In this document: piece after piece, positions 1-10,679 of the stretch
Layout: every line of letters starts with the position of its first letter
Position numbering within the stretch: the first letter of the stretch is position 1
Origin: Chiloscyllium plagiosum
Taxonomy: Eukaryota
Assembly (NCBI RefSeq): GCF_004010195.1
Contig: NC_057720.1
Span: forward strand, 17,768,456 to 17,827,009
Reading direction: 5' to 3'
DNA: 58,554 nt
Program-made: the position numbers and the translations under genes
The notes under the pieces: generated by a model
The model's database searches: none
The model's input: only the letters and a program-made list of their open reading frames with translations
What the model was told of the DNA's origin: nothing

Positions 1-175
1 TCTGCTGACGCCTCAGCTAATTATATGGGCATATAATTGAAAAATGTACAGACCTGTATAAAAATGATAAATTCTGATCTCTGTATGTACATGTTTACAT
101 ATGGATGGCATGACCAACTGTACAGACCATCAAATTATTTTATGAATAAAGTATATTTTTGAAATAAAAAAAAAA
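1..175 (+). mobile_element. 3' end of Tx1/L1-clade non-LTR retrotransposon (copy A)
   Basis: 3'UTR similar to 1236-1395 (ctgctgacgcctcagctaa...atgaataaagtatatttttgaaat), with AATAAA and an A-tail at 166-175. Confidence 0.75.
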
Positions 176-1395
176 GAACCTGTGCTGCTGCAGTCACCCG
201 GGCCATCTTCCAGTTTATATGGAGGTCAAAGATGGACCGGGTCCGAAGGGACTCGCTGCACAAAGATCTGGGCAACGGGGGAAATAATACACCCAATGCC
301 ACCCTCACCCTGATGGCCACCTTTGTGTGTGGCTGCATCAAGCTGTGCNNNNNNNNNNNNNNNNNNNNNNNNNNNNNNNNNNNNNNNNNNNNNNNNNNNN
401 NNNNNNNNNNNNNNNNNNNNNNNNNNNNNNNNNNNNNNNNNNNNNNNNNNNNNNNNNNNNNNNNNNNNNNNNNNNNNNNNNNNNNNNNNNNNNNNNNNNN
501 NNNNNNNNNNNNNNNNNNNNNNNNNNNNNNNNNNNNNNNNNNNNNNNNNNNNNNNNNNNNNNNNNNNNNNNNNNNNNNNNNNNNNNNNNNNNNNNNNNNN
601 NNNNNNNNNNNNNNNNNNNNNNNNNNNNNNNNNNNNNNNNNNNNNNNNNNNNNNNNNNNNNNNNNNNNNNNNNNNNNNNNNNNNNNNNNNNNNNNNNNNN
701 NNNNNNNNNNNNNNNNNNNNNNNNNNNNNNNNNNNNNNNNNNNNNNNNNNNNNNNNNNNNNNNNNNNNNNNNNNNNNNNNNNNNNNNNNNNNNNNNNNNN
801 NNNNNNNNNNNNNNNNNNNNNNNNNNNNNNNNNNNNNNNNNNNNNNNNNNNNNNNNNNNNNNNNNNNNNNNNNNNNNNNNNNNNNNNNNNNNNNNNNNNN
901 NNNNNNNNNNNNNNNNNNNNNNNNNNNNNGCGGGACTCCATGCTCTACGGCCTGTTCTCCGGGACGCACACTGAGACGAACATCAACTGTGCCTGGAGGA
1001 TCATCAACTCGGTGAAGGACGCTCTCTGGGCAGTCCGAAACCTGTTGATTTTCCAGCTGAAGGAGGTGACCCCGACTGAGTGTTGCAGACTGGCACATTC
1101 CAAGGTCCAGGACTACGTGTTGAGGGACGTGCTGAAGCTTTGGGCAGCTGCCGCCAAGGCGCGGTGGGGAAAGACCACCGTGTAACATCTGCCTGCCTAA
1201 AGAAGAACAGGGGGCCCGCGCAGTCATTTGAGCACTGCTGACGCCTCAGCTAAAAATGTAATTGTACAGACCTGTAAATAGGAATGATTACTTTTTCGGT
1301 ATGCAAACAAATGGAATGTTTACATATGTATGGCATGTCCAGTTGTACAGATCATCAAAGTATTTTATGAATAAAGTATATTTTTGAAATAAAAA
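176..1395 (+). mobile_element. 5'-truncated Tx1/L1-clade retrotransposon (copy B): ORF2 C-terminus plus 3'UTR, gapped
   Basis: Translates TRAIFQFIWRSKMDRVRRDSLHKDLGNGG (L1/Tx1 post-RT FIW...GG motif) and, after the N gap, INSVKDALWAVRNLLIFQ...ARWGKTTV* (stop at 1185); AATAAA and short A-tail ending 1395. Confidence 0.75.
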
Positions 1396-1602
1396 GGTTG
1401 TTTGGAGCAAGCAGTGAGCTAAATCTGCCAGGCACTCACTCTGGTTTTTTTTGCCATATTTTCCTGACATTAGTTTGTTTGGTGATTTTGGTAAACTGTG
1501 AGTCTGAGTACTGGGAAGCAAGTTGAGCCATTAAGCATTTAGCCATTTAGCAATCAACACTCACTGTCAATTGGCAATTTGCTGCTGGCTTGTGGAAATC
1601 AT

Positions 1603-1918
1603 GGGTAGCACCATGACTCAGTAATTGACACTGCTGCCTCATACCATGGGCCTGGGTTCAATTCCTGCCTTGGGCGACTTTCCATGTGGAGTTTACACAT
1701 TCTCCCGATTTCTGTGTGGGCTTGCTCTGGTTTCCTCCCACAATCCAAAAATGTACAGGTCAGGTGAATTGATCATCCTAAATTGTCCATAGTGATAGGT
1801 GCATTAGTCAGAGGTAAATATAGGGTAGGGGAATGGGTCTGGGTGGGTTACTCTTTGGAGGGTTGGTGTAGACTTGTTGGGCCTGTTCCATACTGTAGGG
1901 AATCTAATCTAATTAATC
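1603..1918 (+). mobile_element. HE1-like tRNA-derived SINE
   Basis: Head with B-box gggttcaattcc, body gtgtggagtttacacattctccc, (aatct)n tail; homologous to 19221-19512. Confidence 0.85.
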
Positions 1919-2201
1919 TGTCCTGCCAACCTTAATATATTTTCTTAATGAACTACAAAATTAATTTATTAAATTTATGAAATTAATTGTTTCCTCTCTT
2001 TATATATTTTATTATCACTTGTTCTTGTACCATTTTAAAACTTGGGAATTGAATAAATCTCAACAATTTACCAGATATTCACCAAATAACTAGAATCATC
2101 CCAACTAGGAGAATAACAATTACAAATTGACAGGACTCTACTCTCAATTCCTCTGTTTTATTATGCATCTTTTGCTCAATCTTCCAACTAATACTGCCAG
2201 C

Positions 2202-3346
2202 CACCATAAGACCATAAGACATAGGAGTGGAAGTAAGGCCATTCGGCCCATCAAGTCCACTCCGCCATTCAATCATGGCTGATGGGCATTTCAACTCCAC
2301 TTACCCGCATTCTCCCCATAGCCCTTAATTCCTTGTGACATCAAGAATTTATCAATTTCTGCCTTGAAGACATTTAGCGTCCCAGCCTCCACTGCACTCC
2401 GCGGCAATGAATTCCACAGGCCCACCACTCTCTGGCTGAAGAAATGTCTCCGCATTTCTGTTCAGAATTGACCCCCTCTAATTCTAAGGCTGTGTCCACG
2501 AGTCCTAGTCTCCTCGCCTAACGGAAACAATTTCCTAGCATCCACCCTCTCCAAGCCATGTATTATCTTGTAAGTTTCTATTAGATCTCCCCTTAATCTT
2601 CTAAACTCCAATGAATACAATCACAGGATCCTCAGCCGTTCCTCATATGTTAAACCTACCANNNNNNNNNNNNNNNNNNNNNNNNNNNNNNNNNNNNNNN
2701 NNNNNNNNNNNNNNNNNNNNNNNNNNNNNNNNNNNNNNNNNNNNNNNNNNNNNNNNNNNNNNNNNNNNNNNNNNNNNNNNNNNNNNNNNNNNNNNNNNNN
2801 NNNNNNNNNNNNNNNNNNNNNNNNNNNNNNNNNNNNNNNNNNNNNNNNNNNNNNNNNNNNNNNNNNNNNNNNNNNNNNNNNNNNNNNNNNNNNNNNNNNN
2901 NNNNNNNNNNNNNNNNNNNNNNNNNNNNNNNNNNNNNNNNNNNNNNNNNNNNNNNNNNNNNNNNNNNNNNNNNNNNNNNNNNNNNNNNNNNNNNGGCTGC
3001 CATTTCGAAAAAGAACCTTTTATCCCAATTCTCTGCCTTCTGTCAGACAGCCAATCCTCAACCCATGCCAGTAGCTCACCTCGAACACCATGAGCCCTCA
3101 CCTTATCAAAGGCCTTTTGGAAGTCTAGGTAGACCACATCCACTGGGTTTCCCCGGTCTAACCTACTTGTCACCTCTTCAAAGAACTCCAACAGGTTTGT
3201 CAGGCACGACCTCCCCTTACTAAATCCATGTTGACTTATTCTAATCCGACCTTGCTCTTCCAAGAATTTAGAAACCTCATCCTTAATGATGGATTCTAGA
3301 ATTTTACCAACAACCGAGGTTAGGCTAATTGGCCTATAATTTTCCA
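2202..3346 (-). mobile_element. CR1-clade LINE, 5'-truncated (RT to 3'UTR), gapped
   Basis: ORF 2643-3347: NYRPISLTSVVGKILE...QHGFSKGRSCLTNLLEFFE...YLDFQKAFDKV; accataagaccataagacatagg tandem tail. Confidence 0.9.
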
Positions 3347-3639
3347 CCAGATCTTCTTTTCATTCACTCTCTAAATTTCCTAAATGTTCTTCACTTTCCT
3401 AATTTTAATTCCGATGTTTCCATCTCATCCTGAATTTGTGCAGAAATTAATCTCTCTTTTTCCATGGGTTGAGTGATCTATTCCTCCATAAGTCACTGTC
3501 ACACATCAGCATTGACAGGATTTTGGTAGCTTTTCTGGCTCACAATGGTGAATTAAACAGGTAGATTACTGCCAAGAAAAGCTCAATGCCAAAGAATAGT
3601 TGAGAGTCTGTACATCTTTTCTTGCATTCTCATTTCTAA

Positions 3640-3900
3640 GGACTGGGCTGTGGGCTTCCATTGAACTGATCCACATTTATGGATAAAGTACCACAGTGGT
3701 CACCAATGCCTTGTGCAGTACAGCTGATCAAGACCTTATCCCACCCGTATCAGTCGCCATCAGGTGTATTGAAAAGATTTAGAGACTGATAATCAAGCTT
3801 CTTAATACTTCAAGTGCACTTTCCAATGAGTCTTAGTGTGGAACTTGAACCTGAAGCTTCTAGCCCAGTAAAACTAACACTACCACTGTGCCACAAGATC
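3640..3900 (-). mobile_element. Degenerate tRNA-derived SINE
   Basis: Reverse complement reads tgtggcacagtggtagtgt...ggttcaagttccac (A/B-box-like head). Confidence 0.5.
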
Positions 3901-4179
3901 TTCCCACAAGATATTGAAATTAAAAACTCAATATCAAGATAGGTTTTGACTGAGAATAATACCAAACATTCCAAAAAACTCGAAATGTTAACTTTTTTTA
4001 AACGTAGATACTGCAAAATCTACTGAGTTTTTCCAGCATTCTCTGTATTTGTTAGAAATAATGCTGGTTCTTCAAGCAACGTGAACAGCAAATTTAACAC
4101 TTCCCTATTATCAGAAATAACTGAAGGCATTAATTGAACAGCGAATGAAAAAAAAAGGGATTAAATATTGAACTAGCAA

Positions 4180-4263
4180 TAATCACGCTTCCGCCAGCTG
4201 TACGATTGGCACTTGGCGATTGCCGTACAGCTACAAACAGGGTCAAAGTTCGATGATATCATT
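4180..4263 (+). promoter_or_regulatory. Putative RPAP2 CpG-rich proximal promoter/5'UTR
   Basis: CpG enrichment over about 4180-4530 against a CpG-poor background; CTTCCG (ETS-like), ATTGG (reverse CCAAT) and ATGGCG (YY1-like, over the ATG) next to the first coding exon. Confidence 0.55.
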
Positions 4264-4388
4264 ATGGCGTCGGAGTGGAGGGGAAGCCCTGTTGGGGAGA
4301 GTTCAAGAAGCCGGCGGCGGGAGCGCTCGAGCGCGGCCACTGCTAACAGTAAGGCTGGGGTCTCGGATGTTGACGGGGCCCTCAAACG
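4264..4388 (+). CDS. RPAP2: RPAP2 coding exon 1 (MASEWRGSPVGESSRSRRRERSSAATANSKAGVSDVDGALKR)
   Basis: ATG at 4264 in a CpG-rich region, open frame to CG|GTGAGA donor (phase 2). Joins exon 2 to give [17 protein letters not shown], resembling human EDASKR-KAELEAAVRKK as recalled. Confidence 0.8.
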
Positions 4389-4649
4389 GTGAGAGTTAAC
4401 ATCTGACGGCGGGCCCAAGGTTTATGATCGTTGCATAGTTAGACGGAAGCGGACAGGGAGATGAATCTCAGAAGTATATGGATATCGCTGTATAACATCA
4501 GTGTCCCAGAAGTGGCGTATCTTCCGTGCTTGTTCTTGTCTCCCTGCCTCCTGTGGTAATAGGGTTGGTTATTCCAGTCTCTTATAGTATTTGGTATGAA
4601 GCTGTTCAAGTATGGTCGTGTGTAACTTTTTTAAATAAAAACACAATTT

Positions 4650-5760
4650 AAAAAAAAACTGCGGATGCTGGAAAGCTCAGCTCAGCGCAAACTGGAAGAA
4701 TACCTTTTTTTCACTTGGATACTCAATTCAACAACTTTAGGGCTTGAGGCACCTTCCCATGCGTTTACCCCCCCCCCCCCCCCCTTATCACCGTTTANNN
4801 NNNNNNNNNNNNNNNNNNNNNNNNNNNNNNNNNNNNNNNNNNNNNNNNNNNNNNNNNNNNNNNNNNNNNNNNNNNNNNNNNNNNNNNNNNNNNNNNNNNN
4901 NNNNNNNNNNNNNNNNNNNNNNNNNNNNNNNNNNNNNNNNNNNNNNNNNNNNNNNNNNNNNNNNNNNNNNNNNNNNNNNNNNNNNNNNNNNNNNNNNNNN
5001 NNNNNNNNNNNNNNNNNNNNNNNNNNNNNNNNNNNNNNNNNNNNNNNNNNNNNNNNNNNNNNNNNNNNNNNNNNNNNNNNNNNNNNNNNNNNNNNNNNNN
5101 NNNNNNNNNNNNNNNNNNNNNNNNNNNNNNNNNNNNNNNNNNNNNNNNNNNNNNNNNNNNNNNNNNNNNNNNNNNNNNNNNNNNNNNNNNNNNNNNNNNN
5201 NNNNNNNNNNNNNNNNNNNNNNNNNNNNNNNNNNNNNNNNNNNNNNNNNNNNNNNNNNNNNNNNNNNNNNNNNNNNNNNNNNNNNNNNNNNNNNNNNNNN
5301 NNNNNNNNNNNNNNNNNNNNNNNNNNNNNNNNNNNNNNNNNNNNNNNNNNNNNNNNNNNNNNNNNNNNNNNNNNNNNNNNNNNNNNNNNNNNNNNNNNNN
5401 NNNNNNNNNNNNNNNNNNNNNNNNNNNNNNNNNNNNNNNNNNNNNNNNNNNNNNNNNNNNCCTCACCTTGACCTCCTTCCACCTATCGCATTTCCAATGC
5501 CCCCCCCCCTATCACCGTTTACTGTTACAGACCATCCACCGTTAGTCACGAATTGTCCATTAATACAGCGGCTATGAATTCTCCAGGCTGATCGTTATCC
5601 ACTCCTTTGTCGACCTATTTTTCTCCTTCGTCTCTATCTCTACCTATCCTTTTACTCCCTTACCTATGCACATCAGTTCTAAGAACACGTTAACTTTGAT
5701 TTTTCTCCGCAGATGCTGCTACACTTGCTAAGCCTTTCCAGCAACTTCTGTTTTTGTTTA
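4650..5760. mobile_element. Penelope-like remnants spanning an N gap
   Basis: Post-gap cctcaccttgacctccttccacctatcgcatttcc matches the pLTR at 7496-7530; 5670-5760 is a degenerate pLTR end; (c)n-tatcaccgttta occurs on both sides of the gap. Confidence 0.55.
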
Positions 5761-6607
5761 GAAAGGCACTAACCTGTTGAAGTTCGCATCTCTTGCAGCG
5801 GACTGCCTCTTTCGAGCAGTGGCGTACTTAGCAGCACAACAATCAAAACAGGCAATTACATAGTTCAGGTAGTTACAGACAAAATGAACAGTAACATGTA
5901 ATACTAGCACTGTCGTTGAGATGAACTGTGCTGTTCCTCTGTAAATTATTTGCAGTTTGTTTACTAAATAGATTTGGTCGCACTGTTTTAATGTAGGAAA
6001 AGGCAATTTTAACTAATTATTTCAATGACCGTGGTAAAATGTTGCAGATTACCAATGGACATGGAGTTGAAACAGAGCACCAGTTCACTATTTAAAAAAC
6101 TGAATTAATCCAGATTAGAAAAGGAATGCAGGGCTATTCGTTCTAGAAGGTGTGGGAAGATTGGGCTAGGTGATCTAATGATTTCCTCAGTACATTACTA
6201 TGCAACTAGCATTTCTTTCCTCACCTCCCCCCCCCCCCCCCCCCCCCTGTCGTCATAAAAACTGTGGGGAAAATATTGGACATGGTCAATTGTTTCATTA
6301 GGGGTCTTATGGGGATGGGAGTATTGTCAGTAGCCTGGTGCCTTGCTGCTGAATATTGGCAACTCTCTAAACTGTTCACTATCAATTAAGTGCAACTCTT
6401 TTTCTAAGCATTTAATTATTGCTGCTTATTAGTTACAAATCTGGCCTGTTTTGAAGAACAGAGATCTGCAGATACTGGGGAGTACTAAATATTTACACCA
6501 TCGTCGGGGTAAATACTCAAAGCAAGAAATAAATCCATATTATCCTGGAAAAAAGTAAATTGAATTGACCTAACGTGATCTTTTTGTCATAAATGTTGCA
6601 CCTATAG

Positions 6608-6722
6608 AAAAGCTGCTTTGCAAGAGGCTTTGAGGAAGAAACGTGAATGTGAGGCAAAAGCTCTTCGTGTTGTTGAACAACTGCTGGAAATAAATGTTAC
6701 AGAAGAATTTCTGTTGGATTGT
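6608..6722 (+). CDS. RPAP2: RPAP2 coding exon 2 ([38 protein letters not shown])
   Basis: TAG| acceptor, |GTAAGT donor, 115 nt; recognisable RPAP2 KAL.VVEQLLE..TEEFL segment. Confidence 0.95.
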
Positions 6723-7228
6723 GTAAGTGGGCTGCCTTTGAGGATACTGTATTGATGATGGAGTTTTGTTCTTGGCTTTCCTAAAAATGAAGTAGGTGCA
6801 AATACATTCTGAATGTTAGAACATCTTCTTCCTTTTTGTTTCTTTTGGTTATATTTAAAAAATCTGAGTATCTAGTGAGTATAATAGCCACAGGGTGTTC
6901 CAAATTGCATCACAGCCAGTGTTATTACTGCTGTTTGTATCGGAAAAGGAGCATCCAGTTTAGAGTCCACATTGGCAACTAAGTAGCAACATAGCATCAT
7001 ATTGTTCAGAAAGAGGCTGTTCATAGAGATGTACAGTACGAAAACCGACCTTTTGGTCCAACTCGTCCGTGCCAACCAGATCCTAACTAATCTAGTCCCA
7101 TTTTCCAGCACTTGGCCCATATCCCTCGAAAGGAGAAAGTGAGGTCTGCAGATGCTGGAGATCAGAGCTGAAAATGTGGTGCTGGGACAGCGCAGCAGGT
7201 CAGGCAGCATCCAGGTAACAGGAGAATC

Positions 7229-7256
7229 GACGTTTCGGGCATAAGCCCTTCTTCAG
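7229..7256 (-). ncRNA. Minimal type-I hammerhead ribozyme core
   Basis: Reverse complement: CUGAAGA-A-GGGC-UUAU-GCCC-GAAAC-GUC. Confidence 0.7.
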
Positions 7257-7599
7257 GAATGAGGAAAGTGTGTCCAGCAGGCTAAGATAAAAAGGTAGGG
7301 AGGAGGGACTTGGGGAGGGGCGTTGGAAATGCGATAGGTGGAAAGAGGTCAAGGTGAGGGTGATAGGTCAGACTGGGGTGGGGATTTCCCCTCCCCCCAC
7401 CTTGTCTCAGTCAAATCCATCGAACTCAGCACCGCCTTCCTAACCTGCAATCTTCTTCCTGACCTCTCCGCCCCCACCCCAGTCTGACCTATCACCCTCA
7501 CCTTGTCCTCTTTCCACCTATCGCATTTCCAACGCCCCTCCCCAAGTCCCTCCTCCCCTACCTTTTTATCTTAGCCTGCTGGACACACTTTCCTCATTC

Positions 7600-7627
7600 C
7601 TGAAGAAGGGCTTATGCCCGAAACGTC
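7600..7627 (+). ncRNA. Minimal type-I hammerhead ribozyme core
   Basis: CUGAAGA-A-GGGC-UUAU-GCCC-GAAAC-GUC within the Penelope pLTR. Confidence 0.7.
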
Positions 7628-8089
7628 GATTCTCCTGTTACCTGGATGCTGCCTGACCTGCTGCGCTGTCCCAGCAACACATTTTCAGCCCATATCCCTC
7701 TAAACCCTTCCTATTAATATACCCATCCAGATGCCTTTTTAAATGTTGTAATTGTACAAGCATCTACCACTTTCTCTGGCAGCTCATTCTATATATGCAA
7801 CACCCTCTGCTGATCCAACTCTGCCAGTGTACTAAGAACTATTTACTTAGTCCCATTGAATTTCCAACCACATGCAAAGTAATGTAGTCTCTTCCATTAT
7901 TAAGTTGCCAGGTTGAAGATTATTTCCACTAATCTGATCCACAAAAGAAACACAAATTGATTCTTTAATTGAAACTATTTGAAATATTTATCTTCTGTCA
8001 CACTGCAAGATTGTTTCTCTTCATAAACCTTGTACATGATCCGTGGCTGGTTTTGAAATCTACTAATTTTTTTTTTGTTTCTTTTGACT

Positions 8090-8408
8090 AGGTTAGATTC
8101 CCTAATTAGTTTAGTTTAGATTCCATGGAAACAGGCCATTTGGCCCAACAAGTCCACACCGACCCTCTGAAGAGTAACCCATCTGGACCCATTCCCCATA
8201 GCTATATTTACCCCTGACTAATGCATCTAACACTCTGGGCAATTTAGCATGACCAATTCACCTAACCTGCACATATTTGGATTGTGGAAGGAAACCCACA
8301 CAGACACAGGGAGAATGTGCAAGCACCACACAGACCCCCAAAGTGTAAATCGAACCTGGGTTCCTGGCGCTGTGAGGCAGCAGTGCTAACCACCGAATCA
8401 CTCTGCTG
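8090..8408 (-). mobile_element. HE1-like SINE
   Basis: ggaaacaggccatttggcccaacaagtccacaccgaccc...ctggcgctgtgaggcagcagtgctaaccac. Confidence 0.85.
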
Positions 8409-8939
8409 GATAACTAATGATAAACCAAGTCAATTAATGTGATTGTCGTTGACTTCTTTACAAGTTTATTTTCCAGCTGTGGTCACATGCTTGATTTTAA
8501 TTTGGTCTCCTGGTTCTCAGGCATCTGACTGAGCTGTGTAAGTAGTGCAATGATTCCAGCTGTCTGATAAAACTGGATAATTCAGATCCCAGAGTGAAAT
8601 CTGGCTTGAAAAAACTAAGTTTAACTTTTGTAACTTGGTTACTGTGGTTGTTAGTCTCTAAACCTAGTCATAAGAGATACCAAAATACTTTCAACAAAAT
8701 TGCATCAAAGGTTGTTATGGGATCAACTCTGCAAATTGGTAACAGGACTTCAAGAAAACAAGATAACGATGATTTATTTCATGAACACCTATGGAGGACG
8801 AGTCTTTAACACCTTGCAGTTTAAAGCTCACTCTGGTGGGGTTACAGAACACTTCAATCCTTATATAGACTACAGCATACATGGTATAATTTCCACACTC
8901 CAATCTCCATGTGTTCCAAATTATGTTTATTCCCACTGA

Positions 8940-9612
8940 CGTTATGACACTGGGTAAACTACTCTGTTAATTTAAACCCGACACATAGAGAAGCTCACCT
9001 TTGTTCTGTTATCTCTTTAAATTTCAAGAGGCAAAGAACTATCCCAGAGGTCACTATGTAAAGTAAAAATTAACAATTTTATTCTTTTAAGTCCAAAGAG
9101 CATTAAACCATAATTATTTACAACTCCTTTCTCTTAAACCTATCTTTTAACTCCCACTCTACAATACTGGTCTGATTTTGTTAAAAAAAAATCACATTTC
9201 AAAACTAGTCAGTTTTGTCGATTCTCCTTTTGTACATTTTCTTCTGTAGATTATTCTGTAGTTCAGCTTCAATGTTCTGCATAAACTTCTTGTGGACAGG
9301 CACCTTTCAGAGAGCTATTTGGCTAGCAGTCTATACTTGGTTTTTCTTGGCCGGTCTCCTCACTTCTCAATGTGTGGTTTTTATACCCCAAAACTGTCAT
9401 CAAAACAAATTCAAATTCGGTTATATTTTGGTATCTGGGGCATAGTTTAAACTGGTCGAATTTGAAATTTTTTTTGTTCCGTGGCAACGCAACTGCAGCT
9501 ATTTCTTTCAACCAAGTGTTACATTTTTACCTTGTTCAGCACTTGCTGTGCTTTCGGTCAGTCCTTGCTAGCTTCCCCTTTCTCTTATAGGTACAGTACA
9601 TACCTACATCTC
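8940..9612 (-). mobile_element. Solo-LTR-like element, same family as 42502-43222
   Basis: Reverse complement of 8941-9000 matches 43164-43220; 9590-9610 matches 42502-42530. Confidence 0.65.
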
Positions 9613-9829
9613 TCATTGGCACTATGTTCTTCCATGCAAGGTCTCTGATACTGTAACTTCTAGCTACTAGTCTTGATAGTCTGGCTGACTTGTTTCTTAT
9701 TCATTTAATTGACACATGCTGTGCTTATTGCTGACTATAAGGCTAAAGCTTTATTCCTTAGCTAATTGGATGCCTTCAATACAAATAAAAATATTTCGCA
9801 GTACAAAATAATTTTGTAACCACCTTATT

Positions 9830-10225
9830 AATCAAGACAATGATTATAAGAGTGAGGAGATGATGATTGAGCTCTATATAACATTAGTGAACCCACAGCT
9901 GGAGTTCTGTGCACAGTTCTGGTTGTCCCACTACAGAAAGGATGTGATTGTAAGAGATTTACTAGTTAGATGGAGTCGTTCAATGTTGAAGAAGAGCTAG
10001 ATAGGCTGGAGTGTTTTCCTTTAGAGTAGAGAAGGCCTGGGGGGGGTTCTAAAAGTATAGACAGGGTAGAAATGGAAAAACGTCCCCTTCGCAGAGGAAT
10101 CAATAACCAAGGCTACCAGTTTTAAGGTAAGGAACAGGAGGTTTAGAGGGGATTTGAGAAATGATTTTTTTTTTCACCCAAAGGACTATCTGGCCCTCAC
10201 TGGAATGGTGGTAGCAGTATTTATA
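9830..10225 (+). mobile_element. Degraded CR1 LINE ORF2 3' region
   Basis: ctggagttctgtgcacagttctgg...ttttaaggtaagg...tttttcaccca, matching CR1 C-terminal coding DNA elsewhere in the window. Confidence 0.6.
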
Positions 10226-10679
10226 AATATTAATCCAACACAACAGAAACCTTCATCGGAATAGCTTCCAACAGTCTTTAATATTCTTCTCTAATATCTT
10301 GAATTCCAGAAAAAATTCTCAATTATTTGCCTGCTCTGCAGTCTTAATGACTTCATATTCATAGCACTGTTCGAATTTACTATTTCTTCTTGATGCCCTA
10401 TTTCCCAATTAGCAAACATGAAATGCAGCATGCACCTGTATGTTGGTAATCATGACATGCAGATGCAAAAGCCACATAGCTGTCTTTGTATTGTTCTATG
10501 AATCAATAAGTTGATGCAAGGCGAAGTTTAACTTTGGCAACCAGTACTGTAAATGCAAAGAAGAAAGAATTGGATTTTTTTGGCTAAAAGTCAGTTTGTG
10601 GTTAAATTCTATCCAAATGTTGTTTTAAAACTAAATGAAGCTCTTCCTGGCCAAAAATCATGGGTTGAGTTTAAGTCCG

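Larger units (their letters stand above)
7128..7687. mobile_element. Non-autonomous Penelope-like insertion with ~217-bp inverted pLTR arms and 13-bp TSD
   Basis: Arms 7167-7383 and 7472-7689 are near-perfect reverse complements; gcccatatccctc at 7115-7127 and 7688-7700. Confidence 0.85.
7020..7812 (-). mobile_element. HER1/CR1 LINE 3' end, interrupted by a Penelope-like insertion
   Basis: catagagatgtacag...ctagtcccattt...cccatatccctc, resuming at 7701 with taaacccttcctatt. Confidence 0.75.

Noticed and set aside
135..1227. Several long ORFs across 349-929
   Set aside because: Their length comes from N-gap X runs; only the + frame ending at 1185 carries Tx1-like coding signal
1..4200. GLMN coding exons expected upstream on the minus strand
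   Set aside because: No translation resembling glomulin was found; the region is mostly TEs and gaps
4665..5577. ORFs with poly-Pro/poly-Gly
   Set aside because: N-gap artefacts plus a poly-C tract in a repeat remnant
4390..6607. Separate small RPAP2 exon 2
   Set aside because: The AG..GT candidates I tried gave stops or the wrong phase; read-through of exon 1 to 4388 fits better
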